Assembly (NCBI GenBank): GCA_030704615.1
Contig: CM060731.1
Coordinates: 69,688,001-69,752,000 of the forward strand
DNA from: Takakia lepidozioides
Taxonomy: Eukaryota > Plantae > Bryophyta
DNA: 64,000 nucleotides
Direction of reading: 5' to 3'
Below are positions 35,186 to 47,159 of this stretch, piece after piece. The stretch's first letter is position 1. The number at the start of each line of letters is the position of its first letter. The notes under the pieces are model-generated. The model was not told the DNA's origin and did not search any database. It saw only the letters and a program-made list of their open reading frames with translations. A program made the position numbers and the translations under genes.

Positions 35186-36755
35186 AGTGGACCTGGCCCG
35201 AAAGATCCTTTGAAAAAGCATGGACAAGATCACCACGCATAATCTTTTCACAAAACTCTAGTCTTGGGTATTAAATAGCGTACTTCAAGTGCTGCAAAAA
35301 CAGAATAGTGGACTGCAAAAGATCCATAGACATTTCATATGCGTATGTACAGCAGATTCTGATCATATAATCTCAGGGCAGTAAGTGGTCTGACAATATA
35401 GACCTAGAAATCGAACCTGTGTCACAAGGCGCAGAGAGCGCATTCCAGCCTGAATCACGCGTTGTTCCAGGGACGAAGGAATTGTTACCACAGAATAGGC
35501 TTCACGTGGTAACATCGCTATGTCCTCCTCAATCCGCTTCATCCTCCTGCTGATTTCCGATTTATAAGACCTCCTGGAAGGGGGATCCAGAGAGACAGAG
35601 ACAGAGAGATAGAGAGACACAGACACAGACAGAGAAACTCTCTCAGAAAGACGAGTTGATCATGCACAGCTACCAAAATCCGTGCACCACGTTAGCACGA
35701 TTTGTGTACCAATGTGCTTCAGATACAATAGCTCAGAGTACAAGTATGGACAAAAGCAGGGGAGAATGCGTGTAGTGGAAGTCCACTTCTGTGGTATGGT
35801 AGCGGTGACCTGGTGCACAGAGGGACCTTGCAGTGAAAGGTGACAGCCTCGAGCAGCTCCCTACGGCCGACCGTAGGTGTTAACTAGACAGGCAACAATT
35901 AATTGCAATTGTACTCTAATCTCCTCCTCCACTGCAGTCATGACAAAGAGCGATTATAAACCCAAGAACCCCTTCTGAAGTTCTGATCAATATTTGAAAC
36001 ACTGCCCCTTGACTTAATCGATTCTCTCATGGATCCGTGGAGGTCCTTGTGATTATACAATGTGAGCTCCAACGGGGAGTCCAAATCACTGAATATGAAA
36101 CGCTCCAACTGGGTCCCATTGCCTGCAATACGTATATAATCGTGATTCACTGTAGTTACTGTAGCTGATAGACTGCTTCAGGGTTTTTTTTCTGTGCATA
36201 TGTAAAATGCCGAGATCTCAAGAGGTACATACCAGCGAAGACAAAATAACTGACACGCCATGTCGGGTATGGCGCTTTTATATTGTGGCCACGCTTATCT
36301 GAATGGGACCCAAAGTTTTCTTCAGAGATTCGTAGTAAATATCAGCAACGTCGATGGGTTGTGGACAGATTGTGCAAACAAATGATTCAGATCGGTTTCC
36401 GGTAGATTGGTTTTACTGGTTTTGCTGACAGATCCCAAGCTGAAGTACTTACACAAATAACAACATGTTGGTGACAGTGCAATTTTCTACTTCAGCCTGC
36501 AGCAGTGCCTAAAATTTGAAGCTTTTATAGCCATTTTGAAGGGCATATGGTGGGCTGCCACATGATACATGCATCATTGGCAAGAGATATTGTAAGCAAA
36601 TATTTCAGATATGTTAGGTTCTTGATAATAGGAATAATGTAAGAACTTAATGCACACGTGCAACCTCTCACAGGATGGTACGCCGGTTTCCGGCATGTCA
36701 AATCTTCCCTACCCTCTCTTGGGAGTGACATGGAACTGAAGGAGTGTAAACTCAA

Positions 36756-36955
36756 GTCGGGGTTACAATGGGTTACACGACGAGGTGTGTAACTCCACTT
36801 GGGGTTACATTGGGTTACATGACGAGGTGTGTAACTCCACCCGGGGTTACACAGAATGAAGTGTACTCACACTTGGTCTCGAAATTTGACTAAGTATAAA
36901 ATGAACTAACCAGAGTTATATGAGGAACCGGGGTTACACCAACCGGGGTTACAAT
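36756..36955. repeat. GGGGTTACA variant array, related to the GGGGTGACA arrays
   Basis: Repeated ggggttaca/tgtaactcc and the shared motif ttgactaagtataaaat at ~36886. Confidence 0.8.
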
Positions 36956-37339
36956 ACAAGTGCATCAAGTATCCATCAAGTATGGACCCTGAACCTCGCC
37001 ACCTGCAACGCTATCACCTTACCATCATGCTATCCACCACAGTTGCAACCCACGTGGATTCTTAAGTATTTAATAGTGAAACCGAGGTAAGAGGGGGTGG
37101 GGAGGATTTGACAGCCCTCCAGAGGAGCCCCCTCAGAACACATGCGTCCATTAAGTTCTTACATTATTCCTATTGTCCTCTCCTGTCTATTGAGAAATTT
37201 AATTTTGTTCCTTAGCAAAACAAAACTGAAATCACTTCCCACTGCGCCAATAGCCCATACTGAAATATGGTGGGGCGAGTAATTTGGTTATGTTGCTGCT
37301 GTCGAATTCCAGTAACCACGACATTCCCATCCAAGTGTT

Positions 37340-40300
37340 CCCTGCCACATGTACAATTTTCTAAAAACACCAGGTAAGGGATCAGTGTGGGCGCACAAAC
37401 TGTCTATTTGGTTGGCCACGTACCTAGCCATAAACTCATGAGTGAGGAACTTGTGAGGGGGCAATTTTGGCAATTATGCCGGAAAATTGTCACGGGCCGC
37501 TAAAGGTGTAATGCCACAGGGATTTGGAATTCTTTTTTTTTTGGTTTCCGAAGGAAACACCAGCCCTGCAGCGATGAGGCCTTCAGGGAAATTTCAGAGC
37601 CATGAAGGCCAGCCCGAAGGCAAAGAGATAACCAGGGATTTGAGCCAGACCCACAAGCCACAGGATGTCTTATCACCAGTCCATCTGCTGAAAAATTCAA
37701 CTGTTTTTGGATGGCCTCATTTGGAGGCACGATCTGTTTTTGAGACTCCATGTTATATAGAGCAGTTTCAAGTTTCAATCCCCAAAGGACACCTGCAAAG
37801 CAGCTCGGCCAAGTATGATCCATGTGCAGGCTACAGAGCGGCCAAACATGGCATTTTCGGTGGAAACTTGGAGTTCCTACCACACTGAGATTAGGAATAT
37901 GTGGGAGAAATATCCAGAAAATCCTCACAATGGGTTGGTCAAAGCAAAAATTCACATCTTCTAAAAAACCTGAAACAAAAAGCACTCCTCACTAAAATAG
38001 TATAAAGTACCAAATATCTTGGTGAATGGGCTTACTTTTGATGGATGCAGGGTACCGTGCATCACTGCAACATGTATGGGTCAGTTTTGTGGATGAGTAT
38101 AGGTAGATGGATATCCTCAGTTTATTGGAGAGGGGTAATAAATTTTAGGTGAAAAAATTTGAAGGATGTAGGCAGTTATACATTCTCCCAATTTAATTTA
38201 TGACACATAAGTTGCTTATACCATACAGTGTAAATCGTGACAAATTTGCTGAAAATGATGGCCATTGCCCAAGGGGAACTCCTTTACAAATGTTTATGAT
38301 TTGATGTATAGAATAATACCCTGTAAAAATAGAGGTAAAAATATGACACCGGCTCCCCAAACCCTATATAATATGCAACTTGAGCATGCTCAGGCTTTCA
38401 GCGCATGCCACAAGTAATGGATAAAACTTAGAAAAAAGGACAGAAACGTAATGGGTCAGTGATTGGCAGCCCTTGTTTTTCATTTCTGCCTCGGCGTGTA
38501 CGTGGCGAAATACTTTTGGGACTGAGTGCAGAGGTGACCACATGTACAATATCCACCTAGCATCCACCGGGCTACAGGTATGCTATATATTGTGCCTTAT
38601 GGCGACAATGCAATATGGCAATATGGTTACTATATATGGCGGCAATATGGCTACATATATATCTGCAATATGGCTAGTGGCTGGAGATCGGACCGTCAAC
38701 ATATACTGCAGGTGGCAAAATTGTGCTGACCCCTGGTGTGATGGGGCACCAGCCCTTGGATTTAGGGCGCCATGCTCCCCCCTTCCCAGGCGAAAAGGGT
38801 GGGTTCCCAACTTCCCAGGTGCTTTCTGGCACCAGCTCGCCAGGGCCCGCCCAGTTTTGGCGATATTTTTTATTTTTTCCCCTTTTTTTTTGTATAGGGG
38901 TGTGGCCGGCCCAACATTTTTTGGTGCTTTCTGGCTTTTTTTCGCCTAAAAAGGAGGGGCTGGTGATGGGTTACAGTGACCCTCATTTTTCACCTCTCAC
39001 ATCAACCCGATATTTTAGTGGGTAAATGTTCCTATTGTATGGTACACTGGCTTGAGGGCGCCTTCACAAACTCCTCATGAAACACATAGAAACCCGTTGA
39101 TTCTCCCTTATCAACACCGACACTTACCAAGGCTGGCACCGAATCATACTATCCCGACATGACATGGCTGCTTCCATGCCGTTGCCCCACCACATCGTGG
39201 AACTGTCCCGCTCGACTATGTCTAGATATACTTCTAACGCTACTCCCCCCCTACTGCTCCACTTTATAGGATTCGCATATCTCGAAGACAGCCATCTTAC
39301 CTAAACACGAAAAATATGCCCCTCTCATACTTGCGATTAGATATCAGTGATGGCCAAAGCCCCTTAATACTCATCACAGTAGGAACCACAGGTGTTATCC
39401 ACAAGCCTAATCCCTCTACGTAACAACTTCAATATCCCTACGATAGCTATTCCATCAATGGTTCAAAATTGTCCATCTCACGGCCTGCATCAAATCCCGT
39501 ACAACCCTTATTATTAAAACAAACTCACACATAAGAGCAACAGCCTATGAGTTCTTATATGGCCCACTCTCGAGAGGGGGCAGTAGCCGTAAGGCACAGT
39601 GGCTGTTAGTTACGCTGGCTTTGGCCGAAGTCCTCTCTCTCTTAGTGGGTGAAATTTCTATTGATGTATGACACACTAGCTGGCTATAGGGCTGCGGTTT
39701 TGCGAGAAGGCTATGGGGATGTGAAGCTAACAGCGGCATCCCATTGGCACTACGCAGAGGATGGAATCCTTTGCAATCCTTTGCACATTGTTGCTATGGC
39801 GCCTCGCCAATTGTCAAGGATGCAATTCAAATTAGGTAATAACACAAAAGCCCTTTGTTGTATTCACTTTGCTATGTTGTATGTGCTGTAGGACTTAGGC
39901 TTGGGAAACAAATCAACAGAAACAAATGTACTATAGGTGAAGAAGCAAGAAAACACAAGGGCTAGTTAGACAATGCTGATAATTTGTATATCAGGCACAA
40001 AGATCAACGCTTGTCCAAGGATTTGTACAAAGATCTTTTAAAATGGTCGGATGCAACGTTGCTCTAATTCATAAGAAGGGATTAATAGACCAAGCACTCC
40101 AAAATCTCTAGACTACATATGTAGGCAGCTAAGAGAAGAGGGCTTATGGAGGGTTGGTGGCATTCGTGATGGTGGAAAGATATCAGAGTGAGGCAACGAC
40201 GAACCCAGAAACACAATCTTTTGTTTTTGGTTTTTCACAACATGGGTTTTTTCTCTTTGACCAATAAATTTGAGAGGTTGTTTGATTTTTGCTGGATGTT

Positions 40301-40570
40301 TCTCTCACATATTCCTACTGTGGTTGAAACTCCAAGTTTCCACCGAAAATGAGGGAAAAAGACCATGTTTGGCCCAGCTGCTTTGTAGGTGTCTTTTGGA
40401 GGTTGACATTTGAAACTGCTCTCCATAACATGGGGTCTCAAAATTAGATTCTGCATTAAAATGAGGCCATCCAAAATTTGCACATGGTAAGACATCCTTT
40501 GCTTGTGGGTCTGGGTTCAAACCCTCCATCCCTTACCTGTTGTTTTTAGAGAATTGTACATGTGGCAGGA
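37340..40570. mobile_element. Putative long-TIR (Mutator/foldback-like) non-autonomous element, or two inverted copies of one repeat
   Basis: 37340-37990 is a diverged reverse complement of 40230-40570 (e.g. cctgccacatgtacaatt.tctaaaaaca.caggtaaggga; cagacccacaagc; cattttcggtggaaacttggagtt). No TSD or transposase was identified. Confidence 0.5.
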
Positions 40571-41309
40571 ATCATCCAACTGGCATGGTTTCAATTGGAG
40601 CAAGTCCGTCTCAGTGTTATTAAATATGGCAAAATAATCGCCCGATTTCGACATAGAAAATGGGTCAGCTACTTTTACAAAGGAATTATGGGAGTAAAAT
40701 CAACAAAATTGCCATAAAGTGCCAATGGTAAAATATCAGGAGCCAGATTTTTCCTACGTGGACCTGTTATATAGCCACTTTTCTAACCCTGTCACCTTGT
40801 TATTCTCGCCACATGGGCGTTGGGTAGAATTTACATGTGGCACTTGTGGCCATTTTGGAAAAGTGAAAAAAAACACTGGTCATCACAAATTGCTCAAGGA
40901 CCTAAGTTAAAATTTCAGCATCCAAGAAAGTTACCAAGGCTTAAGTACTTCTAAGAAACCCATGTTCCATACCCACTTGAAGGATCAACAACCCATTAGT
41001 CATGAATTACACTAGGATAATGTATGCCCCATATATCTACAATATTTGCTTACCATGCTTCATATGTGGGAGCCCACCAGATGCCCTTCAAAATGGCTAA
41101 AACAGCTTCAAATTTTACCACTGAATGTGTCTTTGTTGTTATATATTTACACAAGATTCTGCTGGTTAGAAAATTGAACTGTCATAAACTTGTTGTTATT
41201 TGTGTATGTACTTACGGGATCTGTCAGAGAAATCACCAAAACCAATCTACCGAAACCGATCTCAATCATTTTGCACAATCTGTCCACAACCCATCGACGT
41301 TGCTGATAT

Positions 41310-44300
41310 TTACACGAATCTCTGAAGAAAACTTTGGGTCCCTTTCAGACAAACGTGGCCACAATATAAAAGCGCCATACCTGACACGGCGTGTCAGTTT
41401 TTCTTTTGTCTTCGCTGGTATGTACCTCTTGAGATCTCGGCATTTTGCATATGCACAGAAAAAAACCCTGAAGCAGTCTATCAGCACAGTAACTACAGTG
41501 AATCTGGAATATATAAGTATCAAGCAGGCAATGGGACCCAGTTGGAGCGTTTCATATCCAGTGATTTGGACTCCGGGTTGGAGCTCACTTCTATAGTCAA
41601 GGGGCAGGACACGTTTCAAATATTGATCAGAACTTCAGAAGGGACTTTTGGGTTTATAATCGCTCTTTGTCATGAATGCAGTTGAGGAGGAGGACGAGAT
41701 TAGAGTACAATTGCAATTAATTGTTAATTGCCTGTCTAGTTAACACCTACGGTCGGCCGTAGGGAGCTGCTCGAGGCTGTCACCTTTCACAAGGTCCCTC
41801 TCTGCACCGGCTCACCGCTACCACACCACAGAAGTGGGCTTCCACTACACGCATTTTCCCCTGCTTTTGTGCATACTTGTAGTCTGAGCTATTGTATCTG
41901 AAGCACATTGCTACACAAATCGTGTTAACAGGGTGCACGGATTTTGGTAGCTGTGCATGATCAACTCATCTCTCTGAGAGAGTTTGTCTCCCTCGGTCTT
42001 TCTCGTTTTGGATCCTCTCTCTCATTTTGGATCCCCCTTGGAGGTCTTGATAAATCGGAAATCTGCAGGAGGATGAAGCGGTTTGGGGAGGACTTAGCGA
42101 TGTTACCACGTGAAGCCTATTCTATGGTAACAACTCCTTCTTCCCTGAATCCACCCGTGATTCAGGCTGGAAGGCGCTCTTTGCGCCTTGTGACAAAGGT
42201 TCGATTTCTAGACTATATTGTGAGACCATTTACTGCCAGGTCACTATATGATCAGAGTCGGCTGTACGTATATGAAATTTCTGTGGGGTGTTTTGCAGTC
42301 CACTATTCTGTTTTTGCAGCACTTTAAGTACTCTGTGTAATACCTAGAAGACTGTTAGATGTCAAAAGATTCTGCGGTGATGTCCATGCTTTTCCAAGGG
42401 ATCTTTCGCGAGGTCCTACACTACGCTGAACGTTTTCAGTCATGCTCAAATACTGATCGAGAGTGTCGAGGTCAATTTAAGCGCACGCAGACGGCGTTCC
42501 TCGAGATGGATGCTACGTCAAATACATAATTTCTGAGGCTGTAGTCTAGGCTGTTCAGGCATGCCTAAATACTGATCGAGAGTGTCCAGGTTAATTTAAG
42601 CGCGGATAGGGTTCGTGTAAATGGAGTCTATGTCAAATAGACTTTCTGATGTCCACGTTCAGGTCTCAAATGCATATCCAGAGCTTGGGCAGTAGTATTG
42701 CATTTTGCTATGCACCTGCATTGCCAGGGTCAATATAGACTACTCTGGTGTTTCTCGGCCGGTCAGAATAACAGCAGGTGCCTCTGGGTCAACCAGCTTC
42801 CGGCCTAACGAGATCAGGATGGTTGGAAACAGATCCCAAGCATGTGTGCCGTGGGCAGGAGGTTGGATGACATCGTGGTGGAAGTTATAGACAGTGATGG
42901 GGTACTCGACACAACAGCAGATGGACCTCACCACAGCTTACTTTTGGCCGATTGTGCTGGGGAACGCATCAATTGCCCTCTATTGAGGGGGAGATGTCAG
43001 ATTCCCCGCATTACTATGCCGAATCGACAAGGCATATGGCAGGGGTGCATCTCCCACTCCACCTTTGAGGACATAGTGGCCATCCATTTGCAGGTTTGCA
43101 GTTCTCTCAATGATATCTTATAAGTACAGATCATGAATCCACAAATATTCCTAGCAATCTTGATTTCTCTAAGTTGTTAACACTGCCACAGCTTACTGTT
43201 GGATTGTGGACCCTCTATGGAAGGTCCAAGGTATGAGATACCTAGAGGCCTCTCTCTAGTTACATCAATTTGCTAAAGAAGCAGGGGATACGGGCTGGGA
43301 GCAGTTCCCACTAAAAAGGTAAGAGTATGACTCCAGGCTATCAATCTGCACCTGTTGTCTAAGCAATAAGCCCAGATGCCAACATTCGTCTTCGTTAACA
43401 CCATTTGTCGAACAGCAATATTACCCAGGCTCATCAGTATCAGGACTGGTTTGCAATCTCGATTCAAAGACTGTCCCATGGATATGAAACTAGCTGGTCA
43501 CACGTCTGGTGCAGGTAGAGGTGCGAATGGGAGTTGCATGCCGCCTTGGCCTACAACGCTCAAGCTCAACGAGGCCCCTGCAAGCCACTTGCGGGGAAAC
43601 CTTTACAATGGACTTCCTTGCTGTGGACCACAACAGGAAACCAGAAAATCTACCTTCTGACATTCTGGAGAATGTAAGTAAACTTAGAGAAAAGCTCCCT
43701 TATGAGATTGAGAAAAATGTGAATTATCTAGAAACAATTCTCTTTTGAAAAGCTGGACCGAGGCTGGACCTGTCTATAAGGAATTTGGGATGTGAGATAG
43801 GTCTTTAGAGCTACACTTACATTTTTCTCTTTCTCTCTCTTTACGGTAGTGTCGCCAGATTTAGGCAGGTCTGCTCCTCCAGCGAGGGAAGGCGTCAAAT
43901 CCCCACCCTTATCCGGGAGTCACTATTAAATAGTTCAGAATGCTGAGGGATCATTCTACGCATAACCAGTAGGTACATATATGGGGTGTGTGGGGATCGA
44001 TATGTGATGGGGGTAGTGTCACCCCAGCTCCTGTGGTGGTTATTGTCACCCGCTTGGGGTGACACACTCTCTTACTATATTTTAATACTTTGTCAATTTG
44101 TCCCCCCTGGTGTCACTAGTCACTGCGGTCCGTTGTCAGCGGTATGTATCACTATATGTATGGGGTGACACTTCCTCTTAGTATCTTTTAATATTTAGTC
44201 ATGTTTGGAGTGACACTCCCTTCACCCTGGTGGTGTCTGTTGTCACTCGAGATGATGCCACCCCAATCTGCCTCTCTGGAGAAGGCATGGGGAAGCTTTA

Positions 44301-45841
44301 ACAGGCTGGAAAGTGCTATGTATTCCTAAATTGTTCTCCCATCTGCTCTAATGCGGCCTAAATACTATTGGTCAGCAATTTAAAGGAGACCATCCGGTTT
44401 GAGATGTTGATTACAGGTTGCCAATTGCCTGATCATAGAGCGTTCTTTCTTCTTTTTTCTTTTGGGTTGGACTAGGAATTTCTTTTTTTTGTGGACCATG
44501 ATAAGCTCCATATCTGATCCAAATCTCTCTTAGTGTGGGCCAGTCTAATTACAATTCTGTATTCTTTCATCGTTGTACATGTACATGCAGCCCTAGGTAA
44601 ATCTCTTTCGTCGCCACTGTATTTCAGGGTTCATGTTCATACCGTCTATTTGTCGAGAATCATATACACCAGTAGGAGAGAGCTCTAGGTAGATATATTA
44701 TTGGCCCAACATAAAAAACTGACATTTTATGCCTTGAATGTGCGGTGGATCAGTTGCAACTCGATGTGGAGCCGCAGTGGATTGACAATGACGATGAGCT
44801 GGGTGAATGGAGGTCCAATATCCCAACAGGACATATCGTCCAATTTGAGAAGAAACCCTACCTCTTGAACAACAAAAGATCTCGACCTGCCAACTATGCC
44901 GCACAGATAATCGTCTCAGGTCCTGCTCCTGGGAAATATAGACTTCGTCTTCTGGATCCCTCAGCGACGTTACAGCCACATATTGCAGGCTCATGCATAG
45001 TTCTTAGTAGGATTGTGAGGTTGTATCCTGGGACGTTGGCCAGGCTCATGCCTCTGGCCTTCACTGGACCATTACCTTCTCTAGCGCAAAGGCTGTGGGA
45101 TTTTGCACACAACCGCATAGCCAAATTGATTCAAATTAATCAGTTGGAGTGCTTCCCTGCTGTCAGTGTCTCATTGCTGGATGCCTTTGGTAACCTCTGT
45201 TACCAAGGCTACGATGACAGATATGTTGATTTAATCTTTGTAAAGCAGGACACAGATTGCACTGGGGTTCAAATCGATGCAGCCAAGCTCTGTTGTAAGG
45301 TTGAAAGGGGCAAGGCATCATTCGAAGCCTTCAAATGGGAAGAGGAGGCTGCAAGATATGATGTCATGCTTAGAGATCATGAACCTCCAATGGTGAAGCT
45401 GCACTAATGTTTTACTTGGAGGTACGGACAACACCCACACACGACCCTCCTATGCATATTGTTCTCAATGTCCAAGGGTCGGCCCCTGATAGTCCTAATT
45501 TTGAAGCCTTAGTTGTAGATACGCATGGAAACACATGTAGAGGAGTTTCTGGTCCCTACCTTGCGCTCGAGCTGTCAGCAGCAGAGAAATGGGTGTGCTA
45601 TAGACAAGGGACGATGGGTAGGACAGTAGGTATCCAATCTCCTACATATAGTGACGAACTTGTTTTTGCAGTCGTCCACAATGGCATAGCCTTGTTTGAA
45701 ACATCACCCATATGGTCGGAGCGAAGAAAATCAGGGCAATGCAGCCTAATGAAGTTGACAGTTGTAGAGCTAGGAGAAGAGCTCCGGGTATATGAACCAC
45801 TTACAGAACTACACCCTGCACTTAGGACTTTGAAATTCTAG
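41310..45841 (+). pseudogene. GMI1/SMCHD1-like gene copy B (inverted relative to A)
   Basis: Same exons as A in the opposite orientation. The last exon is open from 44754 until a 1-bp frameshift at ~45385, then continues (ORF 45407-45841) to LKF*. Confidence 0.65.
44010..44270. repeat. GTGTCACCCC palindromic array, copy B
   Basis: Reverse-complement homolog of 33228-33660. Confidence 0.8.
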
Positions 45842-47159
45842 TAATTTTAATAATATCCATGAGATCCATGATTTCATGTCTACAGGTGGCATCGAACCTT
45901 CTTTTGAAGTAGTAAAGATGTTGTTCATCTAGTCTAAGACTTGCGGTCAATTGTTGTAAATTGACTCATGGATGCTTTAGAGATGTGCAGTAGTGTCTAC
46001 TCAAGTGAAGATTATGTCCCTGTTTCCATGAATCATGTATGGTGACTCGATCTGCCCAAACCAAAGATTGCTCCCAACTAAGATTGTTCCAACACTAAAT
46101 CATCCACTAGGGCGTAAGGCATGTTCCTTTTAAGTAGGTCTTAATTCACCAGCCAGGACTGTTTCTTATACTGATTGTTCCTCAGTTTCTGATGTGTAAC
46201 AAGTGACCCCCCCAAGACTTCCCCCTCACAATACTGCTGCTACAGTTCACCGTGACTTGTTGCTACTCTTCCATTGATTGCAATCACTACCATGAGCAGC
46301 TCAGACGCTATGGTACTGAATGCCCGATCTCCTGTGAAAGAGACACTGAGGCAGGTTTGTGGGGTCATGCAGGACTGGTTTCTAATTTCCTGTTGATGTG
46401 AGAGTTGAGTACATTAATATTATATTTTGCTCTTTTACTTTCTTACTTGTCCAATTTCCTCTTGACTTTCAGATTGAAAATTTGCTTGTGCTCTGCATTT
46501 CCATTGTATGATCTACATCGCAAAAAATATTGTCTTGACGGGTCCGCAGCCATCTTATCATCCCTTTGCCCCTTGGCAGGACGTAGTGAATGCTTCCTAT
46601 CACCGCCGCTGTCACCCTGACCTTACTTAACAAACTTGCATCAGTGTGTTTCCAGATCAGAGGATTGTAAAGTTTGGTACAGTTTGCACACATTTAGGGC
46701 GTAGAGGGCGTCAATGCTGATTTTCCTTCCTCTGGAATGTCCTCGGGAATTCCTGTAGGGCTACTTTTGACTCTCATAGATTTGCGTCACAGATTTACAA
46801 GTGTGTAATGTAGGTGTGGGCAGGCAATTCCGTTCAGTGCCATTGCATGATAGGTTGTCTACAAAGTTGTCTTGCAACAGGCTCTGCAGCTCTGCAGCCT
46901 GCACAATATCCGAGATTGATCATCTGCAAATTCATAACTGGCCTACATGATACAAGTGCAAAGCAGTGTACACAACAATAATCCTCAAGGGAGGGAAGGT
47001 AGACTCATTGAGAATCACCCGAGATTAACTTTTGTATACATTTCACAATACATATATATAAATTGCTCTAGACTTTGAGCCAGTTAAATATGTCCTGCAA
47101 AGAGTTGCTTGTAAGTTTTGTTATTCAATTATGTTTCCCAATTTGCGGATTACCCGAAG

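Larger units (their letters stand above)
31658..36340 (-). pseudogene. GMI1/SMCHD1-like gene copy A (BAH-like plus Ig-like region; no ATPase or hinge seen)
   Basis: Exons DYIRIAGNGTQLERFIFSDLD; EISRRMKRIEEDIAMLPREAYSVV..IQAG; CAVGRRLDDIVVEVVDSDGVVD..HHSL..GRCEIPGITMP..GIW..SHS (recalled GMI1 Ig-like segment). The last exon has two V-x-x-x-D-x-x-GN Ig-like repeats. Premature TAA at ~32660. Confidence 0.65.

Noticed and set aside
36756-36955. Interstitial telomeric repeat (GGGTTACA)
   Set aside because: Not tandem, occurs in both orientations, and is not the plant TTTAGGG repeat. It is related to the GGGGTGACA arrays.
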